DNA of 64,000 nucleotides. Origin: Dehalococcoidia bacterium. GTDB lineage: Bacteria; Chloroflexota; Dehalococcoidia; Lucifugimonadales; UBA2985. Made by a program: the position numbers and the translations under genes. Below are positions 1 to 9,266 of the stretch, in pieces; the first letter of the stretch is position 1, and every line of letters begins with the position of its first letter. A model generated the notes under the pieces. The model was not told where the DNA came from. It saw only the letters and a list, made by a program, of their open reading frames with translations, and did no database searches. The DNA is taken from positions 65,670 through 129,669 of the forward strand of contig DAOUJC010000006.1 in the NCBI GenBank assembly GCA_034423135.1, given 5' to 3'.

Positions 1-2
1 AC

Positions 3-146
3 GGGGATGACCTGCTGGGAGCAACCGAGTCCGGCAGCTGGGTCAGCTACGTGCTGACGAACCCGGATCTCGGCACGGAGCGCAAGAAGCACACCTGGGC
101 CGTGAACCACGATGGCCTGATCTTCGCGTCCGGCTGGTACGAGTAG
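3..146 (+). CDS. 3' end of a gene cut by the window edge; peptide resembles the C-terminal end of a Cache/PDC-type extracytoplasmic sensor fold
   Basis: Frame is open from the window edge to TAG 144-146, with GC-rich third positions. Translation ...ESGSWVSYVLTNPDLGTERKKHTWAVNHDGLIFASGWYE* fits the sCache-like pattern (G..v.Y...P.....K..y......g.i.gsG.Y) by eye only. Confidence 0.35.
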   Translation, partial: GDDLLGATESGSWVSYVLTNPDLGTERKKHTWAVNHDGLIFASGWYE

Positions 147-194
147 CGCTTCACTTCACGCAGGGCATATGCGGGGCGCCGAGGCAACCTCCGG

Positions 195-659
195 TTATGA
201 GCCGAGGCCGGCAGCAACGCGCAGCGCCTCGATGTCGATCTTCTTCATAGTCAGAAGAGCATCCATCACGGCGCCGGAGTCGCCTGCAAGCAGTTCATCC
301 AGCATGGATGGAACGACCTGCCAGGTCACACCGAACCGGTCATCCAGCCAGCCGCAAGGGCCGGGCGTTCCTCCCTCAGAAAGTTTGCTCCAGTAGTAGT
401 CTATTTCCTCCTGCGAGTCACAGGAGATTACAAAGGAAATGGCAGGCGTGATCTTGTATGCCGGACCGCCGTCGAGCACAGTGAAGGGCTGGCCGTCCAA
501 CTCGAATTGCACAACGGCGCTACCCTCGCCCGGACCTGACGGCAGCGGGGACGAACTTACGACCCTTGAGTTCGGGAAAACAGAGACGTAGAGCTTGGCA
601 GCCTCCTCCGCCTGCCCGTCGAACCATATGAACGGGGATATTCTGTGTGTAGCGGTCAT
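195..659 (-). CDS. VOC/PhnB-like protein (3-demethylubiquinone-9 3-methyltransferase-domain family)
   Basis: Internal ATG at 659 gives MTATHRISPFIWFDGQAEEAAKLYVSVFPNSRV..., the typical N-terminus of this family. The longer track ORF (to 833) adds a low-complexity extension. Confidence 0.75.
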   Translation of the reverse strand: MTATHRISPFIWFDGQAEEAAKLYVSVFPNSRVVSSSPLPSGPGEGSAVVQFELDGQPFTVLDGGPAYKITPAISFVISCDSQEEIDYYWSKLSEGGTPGPCGWLDDRFGVTWQVVPSMLDELLAGDSGAVMDALLTMKKIDIEALRVAAGLGS

Positions 660-911
660 CCTGCACCAGCCTCGCGTTGAGATTGCCGTTCTGGGTGGCA
701 ACGATTCTAGCAGCCGCGGGGCATGATGCTCAACTGCCCGTGGGCCGCAACCGTGACAGACTCTCGGAAGGTGAAGCATAGCCCCATGCGGCAGAGCGGG
801 CGCGCGTACGTTGATCACGGGAGAGCGTTCCAATAGTCGATGCCCAGTGAGTCCTTATGCAGGCGGCCGGCCGCGACTCACTTCAATTCCTTCCCGAAAT
901 GGCCTGTCCGC

Positions 912-939
912 TTGACGCGCATATCGATTACATTAGAAT
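912..939 (+). promoter_or_regulatory. sigma70-like promoter candidate for the cytochrome c gene
   Basis: TTGACG (912-917), a 16-nt spacer, then TAGAAT (934-939), about 100 nt upstream of ATG 1042. Confidence 0.4.
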
Positions 940-1041
940 GTAGTCTGGACTCGGGCTGTCGGCTATGTTCAAGGCGCTCAGGCCCGGCGGCATGTGATCT
1001 TGATTCTGAGTGAGTGGAGAGCATCCCAAATCAGCAATTGC

Positions 1042-1554
1042 ATGAACGCCGTAGGTCGAGTGACCGGCACCTGGATTGCGCTGTTGGTCGTGATCGCAGG
1101 GCTTGCCGCGATGGCCGCCTGCAACTTCTCGCCTGCCCCCGTGCTGACGGCCACGCCCGTCGGGCCACCACCGGGTCAAGAGACTTTCGCAACGGTCTGC
1201 GCGGCGTGCCACGGAGCCGCCGGCGAGGGCCAGCCCGACTGGCACATTCGCAAGGAGGACGGGACGCTGCCTGCACCTCCATTGAATGGAACGGGTCATA
1301 CGTGGCACCACGCCGACGGCCTCCTCTATCGCATAGTGAGCAAGGGCAGCGAGCTTTGGGTGGATCCGAGCCTGCCCAATCTCAAGGGCGGCATGCCCGG
1401 CTTTGAGATGCAGCTTACCCGCGAGGAGATCATTGCCGTCATCGAGTACGTCAAGAGTCTCTGGGTGGACAGGCAGGCCCGCGGCGTATCAATCGTGGAG
1501 CACCAGTCCCGAATCAGCGAGGCGGACCCGTATCCGCCGCCCGAGGGTTCGTAG
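1042..1554 (+). CDS. mono-heme c-type cytochrome, probably membrane/lipid anchored
   Basis: CAACH heme-binding motif (CxxCH). N-terminal hydrophobic segment ends in AACN. Start placed at the internal ATG (MNAVGRVTGTWIALLVV...). Confidence 0.8.
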   Translation: MNAVGRVTGTWIALLVVIAGLAAMAACNFSPAPVLTATPVGPPPGQETFATVCAACHGAAGEGQPDWHIRKEDGTLPAPPLNGTGHTWHHADGLLYRIVSKGSELWVDPSLPNLKGGMPGFEMQLTREEIIAVIEYVKSLWVDRQARGVSIVEHQSRISEADPYPPPEGS

Positions 1555-1642
1555 CGACCCGGGCGGCAACCGGCGGCCTGCCATAATCGCGCCTGCCGCT
1601 GTCTGGAGGCACGCGTGCTGACTAGGACGCGGCGGAGGACAG

Positions 1643-2431
1643 GTGACGGATAGCAACATGCCGAAACAGCGCGGACTTGCCCGCAAGGGAACTCAGGCCG
1701 CTCCGAAGCTGCACTCCATTAGACTGGACGGCGCCGCCACCATCCTGTTTGAGCTGCGGCGCAGCGCCCGCCGCATCAGGACAATCAACATCCGCGTGGA
1801 GGACGACCGCGTTGTGCTCGCAGTGCCTCTACGCACGCCGCTGAGTGAGGTGCAGGACGTCATCCGCAGACGCGAGCGCTGGATCCTGGACCAGCTGGCC
1901 AGGAGGCCCGCTCAGCCGCCGCAGCTGCTGGTCGACGGCTGCGACGTTCTTCCGTTCATGGGTCGGAGCCTTCCCGTGATCGTCGAACGGGCGTCGGTGA
2001 AGTCGGGGTTGGCGCGGCTGGTCAATGACGTTCTGCGCGTCGAGGCGCCGGCAAGTCTTGATGATGGACAGAGCAAGGAGGTGGCGAGACGGTCGGTCGT
2101 CGAGTGGCTGCGAGGACAGGCCGCGGAACGGCTGCCGGTTGAAGTCGAGCGTTGGTGGCCCACGCTGGGCCGGGGCGACGGCGTGCGCGTTCGCATCGGC
2201 AACCAGCGCAGGCAGTGGGGAAACTGCTCAGTGGATGGCACTATACGCTTCAGCTGGCGATTGATGATGCTGGAGCCGGAGCTGATCGAGTACGTGGTGG
2301 TTCACGAGATGGCGCACCTCACGCGCATGGACCACTCGAAGGAGTTCTGGGCGCTCGTGGCGTGGGCGATGCCGGACGTTGCAGACCGCAGGCGGCGGCT
2401 TCGGGAGGTGCAGGACCAGCTGCCGCTGTGA
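1643..2431 (+). CDS. YgjP-like M48/DUF45 zinc metallohydrolase
   Basis: C-terminal VVHEMAHLTRMDHSKEFWALV (HExxH followed by H..eFW) is typical of the YgjP/DUF45 family. Confidence 0.75.
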   Translation: MTDSNMPKQRGLARKGTQAAPKLHSIRLDGAATILFELRRSARRIRTINIRVEDDRVVLAVPLRTPLSEVQDVIRRRERWILDQLARRPAQPPQLLVDGCDVLPFMGRSLPVIVERASVKSGLARLVNDVLRVEAPASLDDGQSKEVARRSVVEWLRGQAAERLPVEVERWWPTLGRGDGVRVRIGNQRRQWGNCSVDGTIRFSWRLMMLEPELIEYVVVHEMAHLTRMDHSKEFWALVAWAMPDVADRRRRLREVQDQLPL

Positions 2432-2445
2432 TGCGGCGACGATGG

Positions 2446-3237
2446 TCAGCCGCGGTCAGATGCCGCTTGCGGGACTGGCTCCCAGTACACCATCTCCATC
2501 CGCAAGCCTAGGGCGTCGCACGGCGGCTCGGCTGGTAGCGTAGCGATCTTGCTCCCGTCGGGCATGCCCAGCCAGCCTGTGACCGCAGCCGCCAGCGCGT
2601 CAATTATGTCGTCGTCGGCGACCTGGCTTGAGGGAAAGCCTCTGGCGAGTCCCTTGTAGATGCTAGGGGCTTGAGTCAAGTGGCACTTGAGCACGTCAAG
2701 GCGTTCCCGTTCTCCCTCGCGTATCTTCTTGTTGTGGCGCATGGCAGTTCGCTTCTTGGCGTCCGACGAACTCAGCGCCCAAAAGCATACCTCCGGGTGA
2801 GCCTCCCGCACCGGTGGCTGAGCGCCCGCGCCTCGCAAGTGCAAGGCACGGTCCACCTGTGCGATCTTGTGAGTGATGTTGAAAGTCTGCTTGCTAAGGC
2901 CCTTATTTGTGACCTCACATTGGACACCGGAAGTAACCTTATAGCTTTTTGACTTCACTACCGCCTGCACCGCCTGTCGCGTCGGCGTTCGAAAGACGCT
3001 TGACCGGCGGCCCTTTAGATTCTTCCGCTCCTGCGTGTCACACTCGCGCTCATCCTCGCCATCCGGCAGCCCTATGGGAATGTCCACAAGTATCAGGCTA
3101 GCGTCAGCATTGCAGGTCAGCAGCTTCTCGAAGGTGTCGTACACGCCGCACCGGGCGAGATTGCCGTCCGCGTCCAGTCCCACGCTGAACCAGCCGTAGC
3201 GGCAGCCGTCCACTCCTACGAACACACTCTTGGTCAT
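2446..3237 (-). CDS. DUF429-like protein (predicted RNase H-fold nuclease)
   Basis: N-terminus MTKSVFVGVDGCRYGWFSVGL matches the G(V/I)DGc..GW signature of DUF429 by eye. Confidence 0.6.
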   Translation of the reverse strand: MTKSVFVGVDGCRYGWFSVGLDADGNLARCGVYDTFEKLLTCNADASLILVDIPIGLPDGEDERECDTQERKNLKGRRSSVFRTPTRQAVQAVVKSKSYKVTSGVQCEVTNKGLSKQTFNITHKIAQVDRALHLRGAGAQPPVREAHPEVCFWALSSSDAKKRTAMRHNKKIREGERERLDVLKCHLTQAPSIYKGLARGFPSSQVADDDIIDALAAAVTGWLGMPDGSKIATLPAEPPCDALGLRMEMVYWEPVPQAASDRG

Positions 3238-3420
3238 GTAAACTCTCCTCCTGTTGCGTCGGATTGTCCGGCCTTGATGATCATATCACGATGGGAATTC
3301 GTCCTTATCAACCGCGAATTGACGGCGGCAGCCTGCGCCGTTACAATGATGTATCTCTCGTTGAACGGCTCGGCGCTGTGCCCGCACCAATCGCACTGCT
3401 GCCGAGGGAACGGTTGAGGA

Positions 3421-3978
3421 ATGCGAATAGGACTGATATCGGACACGCACACCCCGGGAACCGGCCAGGAACCGCCCCCGGAGGTGGCAGCAGCCTTCGA
3501 GGGCGTGGAGCACATCCTCCACGCCGGCGACATCTTCATCCCATCGTGCCTGGACTGGCTGGAGCGCATAGCCCCCGTGACCGCGGTTGAGCTTGGCTCC
3601 ACCGCCCACTTCGGCGACGACCCCCGAGTCGAAGAGAAGCGCGTGTTCCAGATGGGAGGCTACACTTTCGCAATGGTGCACGACCTCATCATCCCAGGCA
3701 TGGGCGGCGAGGTCATGCAGGGCACCATCCCGCGGCAGTTCACGGCGGAGGGCAGTTTGCCCAAGGCCCTTGAGGGTGTCTTCGGCGCACCCATCGACAT
3801 TGTGGTATTCGGCCACACGCACTACCACGTGGTGGAGAAGCACCAGGGAGTCCTGCTGGTCAATCCTGGCAGCCCCACGCTGCCAAAGCAGGTGCGCAGG
3901 TTGGGCGAAGTCGGAATCCTGGAACTTCTGCCGGAAGGGCCGGAGGCCACCATAGTGAATTTGTCGGACTACAGCTAG
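3421..3978 (+). CDS. YfcE/MJ0936-type metallophosphoesterase
   Basis: MRIGLISDTH...ILHAGDI...VFGHTH motifs (DxH, GD, GHTH). A paralog begins at 63756. Confidence 0.85.
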   Translation: MRIGLISDTHTPGTGQEPPPEVAAAFEGVEHILHAGDIFIPSCLDWLERIAPVTAVELGSTAHFGDDPRVEEKRVFQMGGYTFAMVHDLIIPGMGGEVMQGTIPRQFTAEGSLPKALEGVFGAPIDIVVFGHTHYHVVEKHQGVLLVNPGSPTLPKQVRRLGEVGILELLPEGPEATIVNLSDYS

Positions 3979-4109
3979 CATAGAGCACCGCAAGTGCCCG
4001 GCCGGCTCCACCACCCCCTCAGCAGCCGACCGGTTGCACGGTGAAGAATCGGCGAGACTCAGCCGCCAATCGATACCTGACATAGAACATCTCGACAGGA
4101 GGTGAGGGA

Positions 4110-6776
4110 ATGTTGGAGACCGAAACCAGGGTGGCAACCGCGCCAAGGGCGCTGGACGGCATCCGCGTCCTGGACTTCACGTGGGTCCGAGCGGGTCCTT
4201 GGTGCAACCGGTGGCTGGGCGCTCTTGGCGCCGAGGTCATCAAGGTGGAGTGGCCCCAGAGCCCCAACACCCGGGGCATCGGCGGGCAGCCCGTGCCAGG
4301 CTTCGAGCCGACTCTGAACACCTCCGGCCACTTCAGCGACACCAACGCAAACAAGCTCAGCATTACGCTGAACACCCGCACGCCCCGCGGCCAGGACCTG
4401 GTCCGGCAACTCGTGTCCGTGTCAGATATCGTGATCGAGAACTTTGCCTATGGCGTGCTCGACCGGTGGGGCCTGGGCTACGAGGAGATGAAGAAGCTGC
4501 GGCCCGACATCATCTACCTGTCGATGTCCGGCTTCGGACACACCGGCCGCGACCGGGACTATCAAACGATGGGCCCGATCGCGCAGGCGCTGTCCGGCCT
4601 GACGTACACCTCCGGCCTGCCGGGCGAGCAGCCCGCGGGCTGGGGCTGGTCGTACATGGACGATACCGGCGGCTACTTCGGCGCCATCTACGCGCTGAGC
4701 GCGCTGTACCACCGCAACGTGACGGGCGAGGGCCAGCACGTTGACCAGTCGCAGTGGATCACCGGCGTACCCTTGAACGGCGCAGTGTTCCTGGACATGC
4801 AGGCAAACGAGCGCTCCTCGATCCGGGAGGGCTACCCGCCCGGCAACCGCGCCCACTGGCCTGGGACGCCCCTGATGAACGCCTACCGGGAGCGCACGGT
4901 TGCGCCCCACAACGCCTATCGCACCAGCCCAGGCGGCTACAACGACTGGTGCACCATCGTGTGCGTGACAGACCGCGAGTGGCAGTGCCTGGTTGAGGTG
5001 ATGGGCTCGCCTCCGTGGGCCAAGGACTCGAAGTTCGACACGCTGTCGGGCAGGCTGGCAAACCAGGAAGAGCTGGACGCAGGCATCGAGGCATGGACGC
5101 AGACGCTGGACAAGTACGACATCATGGAGCGGTGCCAGAGGGCCGGCGTGCCCTCCATGCCGGTCCAGAGCAACGAGGACCGGTTCGAGAACGACCCGCA
5201 GCTTCAGGCACGCGAGATGTTCAAGGACATGACGCATCCCGTGCTGGGCACGTGGCCTCTGCAGAACTCGCCGTTCAAGATGTCTGAGACGCCCGTGTAC
5301 AACCATCAGACCGGGCCCCTGGTCGGACAGCACAACAAGGACGTGTTCGAAGGTCTGCTGGGCATAAGCCACGAGGAACTGGTGGACGGCTTTGGAGACG
5401 GCACCTTCTGGCCCAAGGACATGGATCGCTCTCCGTACCCGTACCTGCAGGAGATGATTGACGATGGGACGGCGCCTGAGTGGACGGGTCAACCCAAGGG
5501 CCCGATTGCAGCGCCCGCGCCTACACGCACGCCGGACGCGGAGACGGACGGGGCGTTCAGCGGCCTGCGAGTGCTGGAGCTCTCGGATGAGAAGGGGCAG
5601 TGGGCAGGCAAGCTCATGGGTGATCTGGGCGCCGACGTCATCAAGATCGAGCCTCCCGGAGGCCAGACCACGCGCACCATTGGGCCGTTCTACCAGGACA
5701 TGCCCGACCGCGAGAAGAGCCTCTACTTCTGGCACTACAACACCTCCAAGCGCGGCATCACGCTGGACCTGGAGACGGAGGACGGCCGATGTCTGTTCCG
5801 CAAGCTGGCGGAGGGCGCGGACGTGATACTGGAGACGTTCAACCCCGGCTACATGGCCTCGCTCGGCCTGGGCTACGACGACCTGAAGGAGTCCAACCCT
5901 GGCCTGATCATGTGCTCGCTGACCTCGTTCGGCCAGACCGGGCCGTGGAAGGACTACGTGGGCAACGACCTGCTGCACCTTGCTGCCGGCGGTCAGATGG
6001 CCTGCTGCGGCTACTCGGACGAGGACCTGCCGGGAGCGCCTCCAATCGCGCCGGGCGGTGGCCAAGCATGGCACACCGGCAGCCACTTCGCCTGCATCGG
6101 CATCATCTCCGCGCTGATGCACCGGACGCGCACGGGCAAGGGTCAGTACATCGACACCTCCGTGCATGAGTCGTGCGCACTGACCACGGAGATGCACGTC
6201 AACACCTGGATCTACGGCAAGCAGGTGGTGCAGCGCCAGACGGGTCGCCACGCTGCCGCACAGCCCAACCAGAAGTCCCAGCACATGTGCGGCGACGGCA
6301 AGTTCGTCAACGTGGGCGCGCAGATCGTCACGCGCATCACCGGCGAGCAGCTCAAGGTGCTGCGCGGCTGGTATGAGGAGCTTGGCCTGCCCGTCGACCT
6401 GATTGACGAGAAGGAGCGGGACCCGGAGGTCATCACCGACAACGAGCTGTTCATGATGCTGCTGGCCAGCGCCACCCGCGACCAGATCTACCACGGCGGG
6501 CAGAAGCGGGGCTTCAACCTGGGCGCAGTCCGCGCTCCCGACGAGGTGATGGAGGATCCGCACCTGGAGGATCGCGGATTCTGGACGGCCGTGGAGCAGC
6601 CGCAGGTGGGCAAGAGCTTCCTCCATCCCGGGCCCGCGGGCATCTTCAACGGTTCGCCGTGGCGCATCTCCCGGCGCGCTCCTATGGTCGGTGAGCACAA
6701 CGAAGAGGTGCTGTGCGGTGAGCTTGGCCTCAGCCGCGCTGAGCTGGCTGTCCTGGCCGAGAGCGGAGCGGTCTAG
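4110..6776 (+). CDS. tandem-fused family III (CaiB/BaiF) CoA-transferase, two complete modules in one 888-aa chain
   Basis: AGGAGG RBS lies upstream. Module 1 begins RVLDFTWVRAGPWCNRWLGALGAEVIKVE. Module 2 begins LRVLELSDEKGQWAGKLMGDLGADVIKIEPPGG. The two are joined by a Pro/Thr/Ala-rich linker. Confidence 0.85.
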   Translation: MLETETRVATAPRALDGIRVLDFTWVRAGPWCNRWLGALGAEVIKVEWPQSPNTRGIGGQPVPGFEPTLNTSGHFSDTNANKLSITLNTRTPRGQDLVRQLVSVSDIVIENFAYGVLDRWGLGYEEMKKLRPDIIYLSMSGFGHTGRDRDYQTMGPIAQALSGLTYTSGLPGEQPAGWGWSYMDDTGGYFGAIYALSALYHRNVTGEGQHVDQSQWITGVPLNGAVFLDMQANERSSIREGYPPGNRAHWPGTPLMNAYRERTVAPHNAYRTSPGGYNDWCTIVCVTDREWQCLVEVMGSPPWAKDSKFDTLSGRLANQEELDAGIEAWTQTLDKYDIMERCQRAGVPSMPVQSNEDRFENDPQLQAREMFKDMTHPVLGTWPLQNSPFKMSETPVYNHQTGPLVGQHNKDVFEGLLGISHEELVDGFGDGTFWPKDMDRSPYPYLQEMIDDGTAPEWTGQPKGPIAAPAPTRTPDAETDGAFSGLRVLELSDEKGQWAGKLMGDLGADVIKIEPPGGQTTRTIGPFYQDMPDREKSLYFWHYNTSKRGITLDLETEDGRCLFRKLAEGADVILETFNPGYMASLGLGYDDLKESNPGLIMCSLTSFGQTGPWKDYVGNDLLHLAAGGQMACCGYSDEDLPGAPPIAPGGGQAWHTGSHFACIGIISALMHRTRTGKGQYIDTSVHESCALTTEMHVNTWIYGKQVVQRQTGRHAAAQPNQKSQHMCGDGKFVNVGAQIVTRITGEQLKVLRGWYEELGLPVDLIDEKERDPEVITDNELFMMLLASATRDQIYHGGQKRGFNLGAVRAPDEVMEDPHLEDRGFWTAVEQPQVGKSFLHPGPAGIFNGSPWRISRRAPMVGEHNEEVLCGELGLSRAELAVLAESGAV

Positions 6777-6819
6777 GCAGCGACGCTCGCTCCATCGGAG
6801 CTTGGCATAGACTCGATGC

Positions 6820-6849
6820 GGCAGCCCCTCTCACGTGAGAGGGGCTGCC
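6820..6849 (+). terminator. GC-rich perfect palindrome downstream of the CoA-transferase gene
   Basis: GGCAGCCCCTCTCAC/GTGAGAGGGGCTGCC has 15-nt perfectly complementary arms. There is no clear T-tract. Confidence 0.45.
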
Positions 6850-6904
6850 CGCGCGATAGACGGGGTGTGACGCGCCGTCGATTGCGCCTTACAATGGCAG
6901 TGAC

Positions 6905-7906
6905 ATGGAGAGCGTGAACGTACTGGTTGGCTGGGCCTTGCCGCCGCCGCTGATGGAGCGCATCGCGGCCGCCGACCCTCGCGTGCGCCTACTCAACGAC
7001 CCGCACCTGGACGTCCCAAGGCCGCCGGTGTGGCCGCCATTCCCGTTCCCGGAGCAGCTTCTGCCGCTCTTTCCGAGCGCCAACGTGGTCTTCACGTCCA
7101 GGCTGCCGCCTAATGCGCTGAGCCTGGCGCCCGGCCTCCGCTGGATTCAGTTGCTCAGCGCAGGCGCGGACATGGCCATCAGCGACGATCCTGCGTGGGA
7201 CCGGATCGCGGTGACCACTGCCAGGGGTGTGCAGGCCGTGCCGCTGTCGGAATGGGTGGTGGGCGCGATGATCGCGCTGAGCAAGCAGTTCCCCGGCGCC
7301 ATCCGCGCCCAGGACCGCCGTGAGTTCTGGAAGATCATGGGCGGCGAGCTTGCCGGACGCACCGTTGGCGTTCTCGGCATGGGCAGCATCGGAAGCAGGG
7401 TGGCGCGCCTGTGCAGGGCGCTGGACATGCGCGTTCTGGGCATACGTCGCTCCGTGACCGCGGCGCAGGAGGGCCAGGGCGATGCCGACCTGATTCTGCC
7501 TCCTGGCGATCTGCCGTTGATGCTTCGCGAGAGCGACTTCCTGGTGCTCACCCTGCCTTTGACTCGCGAGACTGCGGGCCTGATAGGCGCGTCCGAGCTG
7601 CGTGAGATGAAGGAGGGGGCGTTCCTCATCAACGTGGCGCGTGGCGGGCTGGTGGACGAGGGCGCGCTGGTCGATGCCGTTCGAACTGGTCGGCTTGCGG
7701 GCGCGGCGCTCGACGTGTTCACACAGGAGCCGCTGCCGCCGGACAGCCCGCTCTGGGACGAGCCGCGCATTATGCTGACCGCCCACAACGCCGCGCACTC
7801 GTATGAGTACGAGGGGCGGGCCACCGAGCTGTTCATCGAGAACCTGCGCAGGTTCCTGGACGGCCGGGAGCTGCTCAACATACACGATCGCGAGCGTGGC
7901 TACTGA
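6905..7906 (+). CDS. D-isomer-specific 2-hydroxyacid dehydrogenase (NAD-binding)
   Basis: GRTVGVLGMGSIGSRVARL Rossmann motif, then ...NVARGGLVDEGALVDA... and TAHNA near the C-terminus. Confidence 0.85.
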   Translation: MESVNVLVGWALPPPLMERIAAADPRVRLLNDPHLDVPRPPVWPPFPFPEQLLPLFPSANVVFTSRLPPNALSLAPGLRWIQLLSAGADMAISDDPAWDRIAVTTARGVQAVPLSEWVVGAMIALSKQFPGAIRAQDRREFWKIMGGELAGRTVGVLGMGSIGSRVARLCRALDMRVLGIRRSVTAAQEGQGDADLILPPGDLPLMLRESDFLVLTLPLTRETAGLIGASELREMKEGAFLINVARGGLVDEGALVDAVRTGRLAGAALDVFTQEPLPPDSPLWDEPRIMLTAHNAAHSYEYEGRATELFIENLRRFLDGRELLNIHDRERGY

Positions 7907-7970
7907 CCACGGTTTCCGCATGCCAACCGGCCGTGCCAAGCACGAGGTTGCACCAGGGTGGCGTTAACTG

Positions 7971-8004
7971 ACAGGGCCGGTGAGCTTTTGCTCACCGGCC
8001 CTGT
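7971..8004. terminator. bidirectional stem-loop between convergent genes
   Basis: ACAGGGCCGGTGAGC-TTTT-GCTCACCGGCCCTGT forms a 15-bp stem. It lies between the stops at 7906 (+) and 8027 (-). Confidence 0.55.
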
Positions 8005-8026
8005 TCATTCCCTATCGCTCTTGGCG

Positions 8027-8917
8027 CTAGTTCTGCTGCCTGTTCTGCCTGATGTAGTAGCCACCGGCTGCCATCAGGACGAGGGCCACTGCCACCAGAC
8101 CGATCATCAGACCGGAGGTGGGGGCTACGTCGCCGACCACGGGAGGCAGAGGCGTGGGCGTGGCCGTGGGCGGGCGGGTTGCCGTCGGAGGCCGCGTCGC
8201 GGTCGGAGTGGGCGTTACCGTTGGGATACCTGGCAGAGGCGTGGCCGTCTGTGTAGGCGTGGGCGTGGGGGGAGCGGGGAAGCCCACTACTGCGAATGAG
8301 CCAAGCCTGCTCGCGGAGGTCGAAATCGTATCGTTGACCACGTCGACCTCGGTGGTGAGAAGCGACCAGGTCTCGAACGCGCTGTCGTACTTGTAGATGG
8401 TCAGTCTGGTGGGGTTGCCGTCTCCAGCCGAGAGGTCTGCATCGGAGTAGGCAATCGTGATGCCGGCGGCGCTATCGAGACTCAAGCTGGCCATGCTCTC
8501 GCCGGCCGCGTCGTAACCGGTCAGCTCGAAGAGCGTATCACCGAAGGAGCCGCCGTCCGGCGCCGGTGCAGGAGCGGCCCTGGTCCTCATCGGAGCATAC
8601 AGCAGGTAGCCTGCGGCCTTGGGGCCTGATGCAGGAACGGAGACTGTAACCTTGCCGTCAGGGGAGGTCAGGGTTGCGGCCATGCCGGGTGTGAGCTCAA
8701 CAATTGCTCCGCCTTCGGGCACGTCGATTTCCGGGGCTTCGGTGGGTTCGGCCTCTTCGGTGGCTTCTCCGTCCGTGGAAGTGGTGCCCGCATCCTGTGC
8801 GCTGGCACTCTGCGGGCTACCGGCCCAGGCGGTAAGGTAAAGCGATGCAACTAGTGCGAGGATCCCTACTACGATGAGGGTATAGAGCAACCCTTTCGAT
8901 TCCCTTAGTGCAGGCAT
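8027..8917 (-). CDS. hypothetical surface protein with an N-terminal signal-anchor, a PT-rich linker and a C-terminal transmembrane anchor
   Basis: N-terminal hydrophobic helix (LLYTLIVVGILALVASLYL). PT-rich linker with PTATRPPTATRPPTATPTP. C-terminal helix GLMIGLVAVALVLMAAGGYYIRQNRQQN. No family recognised. Confidence 0.55.
   Translation of the reverse strand: MPALRESKGLLYTLIVVGILALVASLYLTAWAGSPQSASAQDAGTTSTDGEATEEAEPTEAPEIDVPEGGAIVELTPGMAATLTSPDGKVTVSVPASGPKAAGYLLYAPMRTRAAPAPAPDGGSFGDTLFELTGYDAAGESMASLSLDSAAGITIAYSDADLSAGDGNPTRLTIYKYDSAFETWSLLTTEVDVVNDTISTSASRLGSFAVVGFPAPPTPTPTQTATPLPGIPTVTPTPTATRPPTATRPPTATPTPLPPVVGDVAPTSGLMIGLVAVALVLMAAGGYYIRQNRQQN
8131..8272 (-). repeat. Pro/Thr-rich low-complexity coding repeat
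   Basis: Encodes PAPPTPTPTQTATPLPGIPTVTPTPTATRPPTATRPPTATPTP. Coordinates are approximate, derived from residue positions. Confidence 0.5.
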
Positions 8918-9266
8918 TGTGCCCTCCTGGCGTCCATATCTGCTATCGACAACTCGAGTCCGTCACCGGCAGGGAAGGCTCGCAGGTGCGCGGTACAACC
9001 TCTCCGCCGTCACTCTGGCGAAAGCTAGCGGTAAGCCTACTACAAGACTGCGCCTTAGTCAAGACGTAAGAAGTGCATTTGTGCAGAGTATGCGAATCCG
9101 GTAGAGCAATTGAGGTTCATATATGCTCGCGGTTCGGCGGCCGCGCCGGTGCGCACCGTCGATATGTACGGCCGGCTGCCCCTGTGCTATGCTACGGCCC
9201 TGTCGCAGGCATGCGCAATCGGCGGCGGCTCTCCGGCCGCTCGACACCTGCCATTGTGAGACGAAA

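Noticed and set aside
4422-6698. 758-aa ORF antisense to the CoA-transferase gene. Similar long antisense or overlapping ORFs occur at 3286..4146, 6989..7939, 28797..30452, 31720..33507, 34852..36579, 50183..51523 and 56588..57859.
   Set aside because: These are Arg/Ala/Gly/Pro/His-rich low-complexity translations with no recognisable motifs. They sit opposite genes with clear family signatures. Stop-free shadow frames like this are expected in 65-70% GC DNA.
6867-6907. Possible leaderless transcript for the 2-hydroxyacid dehydrogenase gene: GTGACG-17-TACAAT, with the -10 box ending 9 nt before ATG 6905.
   Set aside because: The -35 element is weak and the start codon choice is uncertain. 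This is too speculative to list as a feature without transcription-start data.
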